NCBI GenBank assembly: GCA_964057225.1
Contig: OZ059900.1
Coordinates: 23,560,001 to 23,624,000 of the forward strand
Reading direction: 5' to 3'
DNA: 64,000 nucleotides
Origin: Auanema rhodensis
Taxonomy: Eukaryota > Animalia > Nematoda
Numbering within the stretch: the first letter of the stretch is position 1; each line of letters starts with the position of its first letter. The notes beneath the pieces are model-generated. The model searched no databases, was not told the origin of the DNA, and saw only the letters and a program-made list of their open reading frames with translations. The translations under genes and the position numbers were made by a program. This document shows, piece after piece, positions 52,901 to 64,000 of this stretch.

Positions 52901-55900
52901 TCAGAGCCTGCACTGATAATATAACTGGAAACAGGCAGTACGCAATACGCAAACATTTGAATGACAGCTTTATTACAATACGACTCAGTTTACTCAATTA
53001 TATCAAGCTTCATGAACACGGACTGCTTGTGTAATAGATAATAGCAATAATAGTTTCGTTTCTGTTTTTAATTAACTTTCCTGTACGCGAGTTATAAAAT
53101 TTAGAACGTGATTCCTTGATTATGAAAAATTTTTAGAGCCTGCACTGATAATATAACTGGAAACAGGCAGTACGCGATACGCAAATATTTGAATGACAGC
53201 TTTATTACAATACGACTTAGTTTACTCAATTATATCAAGCTTCATGAACACGGACTGCTTGTGTAATATATAATAGCAATAATAGTTTCGTTTCTGTTTT
53301 TAATTAACTTTCCTGTACGCGAGTTATAATATTTAGAACGTGATTCCTTGATTATGAAAAACTTTCAGAGCCTGCACTGATAATATAATTGGAAACAGGC
53401 AGTACGCAATACGCAAACATTTGAATGACAGCTTTATTACAATACGACTTAGTTTACTCAATTATATCAAGCTTCATGAACACGGACTGCTTGTGTAATA
53501 TATAATAGCAATAATAGTTTCGTTTCTGTTTTTAATTAACTTTCCTGTACGCGAGTTATAATATTTAGAACGTGATTCCTTGATTATGAAAAACTTTCAG
53601 AGCCTGCACTGATAATATAATTGGAAACAGGCAGTACGCAAACATTTGAATGACAGCTTTATTACAATACGACTTAGTTTACTCAATTATATCAAGCTTC
53701 ATGAACACGGACTGCTTGTGTAATATATAATAGCAATAATAGTTTCGTTTCTGTTTTTAATTAACTTTCCTGTACGCGAGTTATAATATTTAGAACGTGA
53801 TTCCTTGATTATGAAAAACTTTCAGAGCCTGCACTGATAATATAATTGGAAACAGGCAGTACGCAATACGCAAACATTTGAATGACAGCTTTAATACAAT
53901 ACGACTTAGTTTACTCAATCATACCAATCTTCATGAACACGGACTGTTTGTGTAATAGATAATAGCAATGATAATTTCGTTTCTTTTTTCAATTAACTTT
54001 CCAGTACGCGAGTTATTATATTTAGAACGTGATTCCTTCATAATGAAAAATTTTTAGAGCCTGCACTGATAATATAACTGGAAACAGGCAATACTAAAAC
54101 ATTTGAATGACAGCTTTATTACAATACGACTTAGTTTACTCAATCATATCAAGCTTCATGAACACGGACTGCTTGTGTAATATATAATAGCAATAATAGT
54201 TTCGTTTCTGTTTTTAATTAACTTTCCTGTACGCGAGTTATAATATTTAGAACGTGATTCCTTGATTATGAAAAACTTTCAGAGCCTGCACTGATAATAT
54301 AATTGGAAACAGGCAGTACGCAAACATTTGAATGACAGCTTTATTACAATACGACTTAGTTTACTCAATTATATCAAGCTTCATGAACACGGACTGCTTG
54401 TGTAATATATAATAGCAATAATAGTTTCGTTTCTGTTTTTAATTAACTTTCCTGTACGCGAGTTATAATATTTAGAACGTGATTCCTTGATTATGAAAAA
54501 CTTTCAGAGCCTGCACTGATAATATAATTGGAAACAGGCAGTACGCAATACGCAAACATTTGAATGACAGCTTTAATACAATACGACTTAGTTTACTCAA
54601 TTATATCAAGCTTCATGAACACGGACTGCTTGTGTAATATATAATAGCAATAATAGTTTCGTTTCTGTTTTTAATTAACTTTCCTGTACGCGAGTTATAA
54701 TATTTAGAACGTGATTCCTTGATTATGAAAAACTTTCAGAGCCTGCACTGATAATATAATTGGAAACAGGCAGTACGCAATACGCAAACATTTGAATGAC
54801 AGCTGTATTACAATACGACTTAGTTTACTCAATTATATCAAGCTTCATGAACACGGACTGCTTGTGTAATATATAATAGCAATAATAGTTTCGTTTCTGT
54901 TTTTAATTAACTTTCCTGTACGCGAGTTATCATATTTAGAACGATTGCTTCATAATGAAAAATGTTTAGAGCCTGCACTGATAATATAACTGGAAACAGG
55001 CAGTACGCGATACGCAAATATTTGAATGACAGCTTTATTACAATACGACTTAGTTTACTCAATTATATCAAGCTTCATGAACACGGACTGCTTGTGTAAT
55101 ATATAATAGCAATAATAGTTTCGTTTCTGTTTTTAATTAACTTTCCTGTACGCGAGTTATAATATTTAGAACGTGATTCCTTGATTATGAAAAACTTTCA
55201 GAGCCTGCACTGATAATATAATTGGAAACAGGCAGTACGCAATACGCAAACATTTGAATGACAGCTTTATTACAATACGACTTAGTTTACTCAATTATAT
55301 CAAGCTTCATGAACACGGACTGCTTGTGTAATATATAATAGCAATAATAGTTTCGTTTCTGTTTTTAATTAACTTTCCTGTACGCGAGTTATAATATTTA
55401 GAACGTGATTCCTTGATTATGAAAAACTTTCAGAGCCTGCACTGATAATATAATTGGAAACAGGCAGTACGCAATACGCAAACATTTGAATGACAGCTTT
55501 ATTACAATACGTCTCAGTTTACTCAATTATATCAAGCTTCATGAACACGGACTGCTTGTGTAATATATAATAGCAATAATAGTTTCGTTTCTGTTTTTAA
55601 TTAACTTTCCTGTACGCGAGTTATAATATTTAGAACGTGATTCCTTGATTATGAAAAACTTTCAGAGCCTGCACTGATAATATAATTGGAAACAGGCAGT
55701 ACGCAATACGCAAACATTTGAATGACAGCTTTAATACAATACCACTTAGTTTACTCAATTATATCAAGCTTCATGAACACGGACTGCTTGTGTAATATAT
55801 AATAGCAATAATAGTTTCGTTTCTGTTTTTAATTAACTTTCCTGTACGCGAGTTATAATATTTAGAACGTGATTCCTTGATTATGAAAAACTTTCAGAGC

Positions 55901-58900
55901 CTGCACTGATAATATAATTGGAAACAGGCAGTACGCAATACGCAAACATTTGAATGACAGCTTTATTACAATACGACTTAGTTTACTCAATTATATCAAG
56001 CTTCATGAACACGGACTGCTTGTGTAATATATAATAGCAATAATAGTTTCGTTTCTGTTTTTAATTAACTTTCCTGTACGCGAGTTATAATATTTAGAAC
56101 GTGATTCCTTGATTATGAAAAACTTTCAGAGCCTGCACTGATAATATAATTGGAAACAGGCAGTACGCAAACATTTGAATGACAGCTTTATTACAATACG
56201 ACTTAGTTTACTCAATTATATCAAGCTTCATGAACACGGACTGCTTGTGTAATATATAATAGCAATAATAGTTTCGTTTCTGTTTTTAATTAACTTTCCT
56301 GTACGCGAGTTATAATATTTAGAACGTGATTCCTTGATTATGAAAAACTTTCAGAGCCTGCACTGATAATATAATTGGAAACAGGCAGTACGCAATACGC
56401 AAACATTTGAATGACAGCTTTAATACAATACGACTTAGTTTACTCAATCATACCAATCTTCATGAACACGGACTGTTTGTGTAATAGATAATAGCAATGA
56501 TAATTTCGTTTCTTTTTTCAATTAACTTTCCAGTACGCGAGTTATTATATTTAGAACGTGATTCCTTCATAATGAAAAATTTTTAGAGCCTGCACTGATA
56601 ATATAACTGGAAACAGGCAATACTAAAACATTTGAATGACAGCTTTATTACAATACGACTTAGTTTACTCAATCATATCAAGCTTCATGAACACGGACTG
56701 CTTGTGTAATATATAATAGCAATAATAGTTTCGTTTCTGTTTTTAATTAACTTTCCTGTACGCGAGTTATAATATTTAGAACGTGATTCCTTGATTATGA
56801 AAAACTTTCAGAGCCTGCACTGATAATATAATTGGAAACAGGCAGTACGCAAACATTTGAATGACAGCTTTATTACAATACGACTTAGTTTACTCAATTA
56901 TATCAAGCTTCATGAACACGGACTGCTTGTGTAATATATAATAGCAATAATAGTTTCGTTTCTGTTTTTAATTAACTTTCCTGTACGCGAGTTATAATAT
57001 TTAGAACGTGATTCCTTGATTATGAAAAACTTTCAGAGCCTGCACTGATAATATAATTGGAAACAGGCAGTACGCAATACGCAAACATTTGAATGACAGC
57101 TTTAATACAATACGACTTAGTTTACTCAATTATATCAAGCTTCATGAACACGGACTGCTTGTGTAATATATAATAGCAATAATAGTTTCGTTTCTGTTTT
57201 TAATTAACTTTCCTGTACGCGAGTTATAATATTTAGAACGTGATTCCTTGATTATGAAAAACTTTCAGAGCCTGCACTGATAATATAATTGGAAACAGGC
57301 AGTACGCAATACGCAAACATTTGAATGACAGCTGTATTACAATACGACTTAGTTTACTCAATTATATCAAGCTTCATGAACACGGACTGCTTGTGTAATA
57401 TATAATAGCAATAATAGTTTCGTTTCTGTTTTTAATTAACTTTCCTGTACGCGAGTTATCATATTTAGAACGCGATTGCTTCATAATGAAAAATGTTTAG
57501 AGCCTGCACTGATAATATAACTGGAAACAGGCAGTACGCGATACGCAAATATTTGAATGACAGCTTTATTACAATACGACTTAGTTTACTCAATTATATC
57601 AAGCTTCATGAACACGGACTGCTTGTGTAATATATAATAGCAATAATAGTTTCGTTTCTGTTTTTAATTAACTTTCCTGTACGCGAGTTATAATATTTAG
57701 AACGTGATTCCTTGATTATGAAAAACTTTCAGAGCCTGCACTGATAATATAATTGGAAACAGGCAGTACGCAATACGCAAACATTTGAATGACAGCTTTA
57801 TTACAATACGACTTAGTTTACTCAATTATATCAAGCTTCATGAACACGGACTGCTTGTGTAATATATAATAGCAATAATAGTTTCGTTTCTGTTTTTAAT
57901 TAACTTTCCTGTACGCGAGTTATAATATTTAGAACGTGATTCCTTGATTATGAAAAACTTTCAGAGCCTGCACTGATAATATAATTGGAAACAGGCAGTA
58001 CGCAATACGCAAACATTTGAATGACAGCTTTATTACAATACGTCTCAGTTTACTCAATTATATCAAGCTTCATGAACACGGACTGCTTGTGTAATATATA
58101 ATAGCAATAATAGTTTCGTTTCTGTTTTTAATTAACTTTCCTGTACGCGAGTTATAATATTTAGAACGTGATTCCTTGATTATGAAAAACTTTCAGAGCC
58201 TGCACTGATAATATAATTGGAAACAGGCAGTACGCAATACGCAAACATTTGAATGACAGCTTTAATACAATACCACTTAGTTTACTCAATTATATCAAGC
58301 TTCATGAACACGGACTGCTTGTGTAATATATAATAGCAATAATAGTTTCGTTTCTGTTTTTAATTAACTTTCCTGTACGCGAGTTATAATATTTAGAACG
58401 TGATTCCTTGATTATGAAAAACTTTCAGAGCCTGCACTGATAATATAATTGGAAACAGGCAGTACGCAATACGCAAACATTTGAATGACAGCTTTAATAC
58501 AATACGACTTAGCTTACTCAATCATATCAAGCTTCATGAACAGGGACTGTTTGTGTAATAGATGATAGCAATGATAGTTTCGTTTCTTTTTTTAATTAAC
58601 TTTCCAGTACGCGAGTTATCATATTTAGAACGCGATTGCTTCATAATGAAAAATGTTTAGAGCCTGCACTGATAATATAACTGGAAACAGGCAGTACGCG
58701 ATACGCAAATATTTGAATGACAGCTTTATTACAATACGACTTAGTTTACTCAATTATATCAAGCTTCATGAACACGGACTGCTTGTGTAATATATAATAG
58801 CAATAATAGTTTCGTTTCTGTTTTTAATTAACTTTCCTGTACGCGAGTTATAATATTTAGAACGTGATTCCTTGATTATGAAAAACTTTCAGAGCCTGCA

Positions 58901-60797
58901 CTGATAATATAATTGGAAACAGGCAGTACGCAATACGCAAACATTTGAATGACAGCTTTATTACAATACGACTTAGTTTACTCAATTATATCAAGCTTCA
59001 TGAACACGGACTGCTTGTGTAATATATAATAGCAATAATAGTTTCGTTTCTGTTTTTAATTAACTTTCCTGTACGCGAGTTGTAATATTTAGAACGTGAT
59101 TCCTTGATTATGAAAAACTTTCAGAGCCTGCACTGATAATATAATTGGAAACAGGCAGTACGCAATACGCAAACATTTGAATGACAGCTTTATTACAATA
59201 CGACTTAGTTTACTCAATTATATCAAGCTTCATGAACACGGACTGCTTGTGTAATATATAATAGCAATAATAGTTTCGTTTCTGTTTTTAATTAACTTTC
59301 CTGTACGCGAGTTATAATATTTAGAACGTGATTCCTTGATTATGAAAAACTTTCAGGGCCTGCACTGATAATATAACTGGAAACAGGCAGTACGCAATAC
59401 GCAAACATTTGAATGACAGCTTTATTACAATACGACTCAGTTTACTCAATTATATCAAGCTTCATGAACACGGACTGCTTGTGTAATAGATAATAGCAAT
59501 AATAGTTTCGTTTCTGTTTTTAATTAACTTTCCTGTACGCGAGTTATAAAATTTAGAACGTGATTCCTTGATTATGAAAAATTTTTAGAGCCTGCACTGA
59601 TAATATAACTGGAAACAGGCAGTACGCGATACGCAAATATTTGAATGACAGCTTTATTACAATACGACTTAGTTTACTCAATTATATCAAGCTTCATGAA
59701 CACGGACTGCTTGTGTAATATATAATAGCAATAATAGTTTCGTTTCTGTTTTTAATTAACTTTCCTGTACGCGAGTTATAATATTTAGAACGTGATTCCT
59801 TGATTATGAAAAACTTTCAGAGCCTGCACTGATAATATAATTGGAAACAGGCAGTACGCAATACGCAAACATTTGAATGACAGCTTTATTACAATACGAC
59901 TTAGTTTACTCAATTATATCAAGCTTCATGAACACGGACTGCTTGTGTAATATATAATAGCAATAATAGTTTCGTTTCTGTTTTTAATTAACTTTCCTGT
60001 ACGCGAGTTATAATATTTAGAACGTGATTCCTTGATTATGAAAAACTTTCAGAGCCTGCACTGATAATATAATTGGAAACAGGCAGTACGCAAACATTTG
60101 AATGACAGCTTTATTACAATACGACTTAGTTTACTCAATTATATCAAGCTTCATGAACACGGACTGCTTGTGTAATATATAATAGCAATAATAGTTTCGT
60201 TTCTGTTTTTAATTAACTTTCCTGTACGCGAGTTATAATATTTAGAACGTGATTCCTTGATTATGAAAAACTTTCAGAGCCTGCACTGATAATATAATTG
60301 GAAACAGGCAGTACGCAATACGCAAACATTTGAATGACAGCTTTAATACAATACGACTTAGTTTACTCAATCATACCAATCTTCATGAACACGGACTGTT
60401 TGTGTAATAGATAATAGCAATGATAATTTCGTTTCTTTTTTCAATTAACTTTCCAGTACGCGAGTTATTATATTTAGAACGTGATTCCTTCATAATGAAA
60501 AATTTTTAGAGCCTGCACTGATAATATAACTGGAAACAGGCAATACTAAAACATTTGAATGACAGCTTTATTACAATACGACTTAGTTTACTCAATCATA
60601 TCAAGCTTCATGAACACGGACTGCTTGTGTAATATATAATAGCAATAATAGTTTCGTTTCTGTTTTTAATTAACTTTCCTGTACGCGAGTTATAATATTT
60701 AGAACGTGATTCCTTGATTATGAAAAACTTTCAGAGCCTGCACTGATAATATAATTGGAAACAGGCAGTACGCAAACATTTGAATGACAGCTTTATT
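43976..60797 (+). repeat. Sat232 10-monomer cassette (2299 bp), four copies at 43976, 47435, 52047 and 58499
   Basis: An AGCTTACTC/CAGGGACTG unit is followed exactly 1849 bp later by a CATACCAATC/AATACTAAAAC unit (45825, 49284, 53896, 60348). The same intermediate markers (GTTGTAAT, TATAAAATT, 7-bp-short unit) lie between them. Confidence 0.9.
53439..58498 (+). repeat. Sat232 11-mer (~2530 bp) tandem duplication
   Basis: Private markers ACGTCTCAG (units 55504, 58035) and ATACCACTT (units 55736, 58267) recur 2531 bp apart. The first copy has a 2-bp deletion near 54941. Confidence 0.88.
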
Positions 60798-63700
60798 ACA
60801 ATACGACTTAGTTTACTCAATTATATCAAGCTTCATGAACACGGACTGCTTGTGTAATATATAATAGCAATAATAGTTTCGTTTCTGTTTTTAATTAACT
60901 TTCCTGTACGCGAGTTATAATATTTAGAACGTGATTCCTTGATTATGAAAAACTTTCAGAGCCTGCACTGATAATATAATTGGAAACAGGCAGTACGCAA
61001 TACGCAAACATTTGAATGACAGCTTTATTACAATACGACTCAGTTTACTCAATTATATCAAGCTTCATGAACACGGACTGCTTGTGTAATATATAATAGC
61101 AATAATAGTTTCGTTTCTGTTTTTAATTAACTTTCCTGTACGCGAGTTATAATATTTAGAACGTGATTCCTTGATTATGAAAAACTTTCAGAGCCTGCAC
61201 TGATAATATAATTGGAAACAGGCAGTACGCAATACGCAAACATTTGAATGACAGCTTTAATACAATACGACTTAGTTTACTCAATTATATCAAGCTTCAT
61301 GAACACGGACTGCTTGTGTAATATATAATAGCAATAATAGTTTCGTTTCTGTTTTTAATTAACTTTCCTGTACGCGAGTTATAATATTTAGAACGTGATT
61401 CCTTGATTATGAAAAACTTTCAGAGCCTGCACTGATAATATAATTGGAAACAGGCAGTACGCAATACGCAAACATTTGAATGACAGCTGTATTACAATAC
61501 GACTTAGTTTACTCAATTATATCAAGCTTCATGAACACGGACTGCTTGTGTAATATATAATAGCAATAATAGTTTCGTTTCTGTTTTTAATTAACTTTCC
61601 TGTACGCGAGTTATCATATTTAGAACGCGATTGCTTCATAATGAAAAATGTTTAGAGCCTGCACTGATAATATAACTGGCAACAGGCAATACGCAAACAT
61701 TTGAATGACAGCTTTATTACAATACGACTTAGTTTACTCAATCATATCAAGCTTCATGAACACGGACTGTTTGTGCAATAGATGATAGCAATGATAGTTT
61801 CGTTTCTTTTTTTAATTAACTTTCCAGTACGCGAGTTATAATATTTAGAACGCGATTCCTTGATAATGAAAAACTTTCAGAGCCTGCACTGATAATATAA
61901 TTGGAAACAGGCAGTACGCAATACGCAAACATTTGAATGACAGCTTTATTACAATACGACTTAGTTTACTCAATTATATCAAGCTTCATGAACACGGACT
62001 GCTTGTGTAATATATAATAGCAATAATAGTTTCGTTTCTGTTTTTAATTAACTTTCCTGTACGCGAGTTATAATATTTAGAACGTGATTCCTTGATTATG
62101 AAAAACTTTCAGAGCCTGCACTGATAATATAATTGGAAACAGGCAGTACGCAATACGCAAACATTTGAATGACAGCTTTAATACAATACGACTTAGTTTA
62201 CTCAATTATATCAAGCTTCATGAACACGGACTGCTTGTGTAATATATAATAGCAATAATAGTTTCGTTTCTGTTTTTAATTAACTTTCCTGTACGCGAGT
62301 TATAATATTTAGAACGTGATTCCTTGATTATGAAAAACTTTCAGAGCCTGCACTGATAATATAATTGGAAACAGGCAGTACGCAATACGCAAACATTTGA
62401 ATGACAGCTTTATTACAATACGACTTAGTTTACTCAATTATATCAAGCTTCATGAACACGGACTGCTTGTGTAATATATAATAGCAATAATAGTTTCGTT
62501 TCTGTTTTTAATTAACTTTCCTGTACGCGAGTTATAATATTTAGAACGTGATTCCTTGATTATGAAAAACTTTCAGAGCCTGCACTGATAATATAATTGG
62601 AAACAGGCAGTACGCAATACGCAAACATTTGAATGACAGCTTTAATACAATACGACTTAGCTTACTCAATCATATCAAGCTTCATGAACAGGGACTGTTT
62701 GTGTAATAGATGATAGCAATGATAGTTTCGTTTCTGTTTTTAATTAACTTTCCTGTACGCGAGTTATAATATTTAGAACGTGATTCCTTGATTATGAAAA
62801 ACTTTCAGAGCCTGCACTGATAATATAATTGGAAACAGGCAGTACGCAATACGCAAACATTTGAATGACAGCTTTAATACAATACGACTTAGCTTACTCA
62901 ATCATATCAAGCTTCATGAACAGGGACTGTTTGTGTAATAGATGATAGCAATGATAGTTTCGTTTCTTTTTTTAATTAACTTTCCAGTACGCGAGTTATC
63001 ATATTTAGAACGCGATTGCTTCATAATGAAAAATGTTTAGAGCCTGCACTGATAATATAACTGGAAACAGGCAGTACGCGATACGCAAATATTTGAATGA
63101 CAGCTTTATTACAATACGACTTAGTTTACTCAATTATATCAAGCTTCATGAACACGGACTGCTTGTGTAATATATAATAGCAATAATAGTTTCGTTTCTG
63201 TTTTTAATTAACTTTCCTGTACGCGAGTTGTAATATTTAGAACGTGATTCCTTGATTATGAAAAACTTTCAGAGCCTGCACTGATAATATAATTGGAAAC
63301 AGGCAGTACGCAATACGCAAACATTTGAATGACAGCTTTATTACAATACGACTTAGTTTACTCAATTATATCAAGCTTCATGAACACGGACTGCTTGTGT
63401 AATATATAATAGCAATAATAGTTTCGTTTCTGTTTTTAATTAACTTTCCTGTACGCGAGTTGTAATATTTAGAACGTGATTCCTTGATTATGAAAAACTT
63501 TCAGAGCCTGCACTGATAATATAATTGGAAACAGGCAGTACGCAATACGCAAACATTTGAATGACAGCTTTAATACAATACAACTTAGCTTACTCAATCA
63601 TATCAAGCTTCATGAACAGGGACTGTTTGTGTAATAGATGATAGCAATGATAGTTTCGTTTCTTTTTTTAATTAACTTTCCAGTACGCGAGTTATCATAT

Positions 63701-64000
63701 TTAGAAAGCGATTGCTTCATAATGAAAAATATTTAGAGCCTGCACTGATAATATAACTGGCAACAGGCAATACGCAAACATTTGAATGACAGCTTTATTA
63801 CAATACGACTTAGTTTACTCAATCATACCAATCTTCATGAACACGGACTGTTTGTGTAATAGATAATAGCAATAATAGTTTCGTTTCCGTTTTTAATTAA
63901 CTTTCCTGTACGCGAGTTATAATATTTAGAACGTGATTCCTTGATTATGAAAAATTTTTAGAGCCTGCACTGATAATATAACTGGAAACAGGCAGTACGC

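Larger units (their letters stand above)
39822..64000 (+). repeat. 232-bp tandem satellite (Sat232) with 225-bp variants, ~105 monomers, reaching the window end
   Basis: ACAATACGACTTAG recurs at 39829, 40061, 40292, 40524, 40749, 40981 and onward. The period is 232, or 225 when one 7-bp unit of GCAGTAC-GCAATAC-GCAAAC is missing. Most monomers carry one HindIII site (AAGCTT) and one PacI site (TTAATTAA). Confidence 0.99.

Noticed and set aside
1-64000. CRISPR array or prokaryotic repeat system
   Set aside because: Units are 225-342 bp, head-to-tail, with no unique spacers, leader or cas genes.
39822-64000. Tandem 5S rRNA, tRNA, snRNA or spliced-leader gene array
   Set aside because: I saw no recognisable RNA-gene motifs, Pol III A/B/C boxes or cloverleaf, and no conserved-gene versus variable-spacer partition.

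Overview
The whole window is AT-rich tandem satellite DNA, most likely eukaryotic (peri)centromeric or other heterochromatin. I found no genes, RNA genes, transposons or CRISPR arrays. It holds two unrelated families. (1) A 342-bp satellite (33% GC counted in monomer 1) runs 11 monomers in one orientation (1-3760). It flips strand at a clean junction with 2-3 bp of microhomology, then runs about 105.5 monomers in the opposite orientation (3758-39822). (2) A 232-bp satellite, with 225-bp variants, abuts it directly at 39822/39823 and runs about 105 monomers to the window end. Diagnostic variants show layered higher-order repeats (HORs): 3-, 4-, 5- and 8-mers in Sat342, and a 2-mer, a recurring 10-mer cassette and an 11-mer duplication in Sat232. 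The most notable points are a multi-kb inverted repeat whose arms are not mirror copies, rare haplotypes shared across the inversion, a probable ancestral 2 x ~171-bp structure in the 342-mer, and dense dyad symmetries without a CENP-B box. I cannot name the organism or satellite families from sequence alone, and I found no protein-coding novel system. All variant mapping was done by eye.
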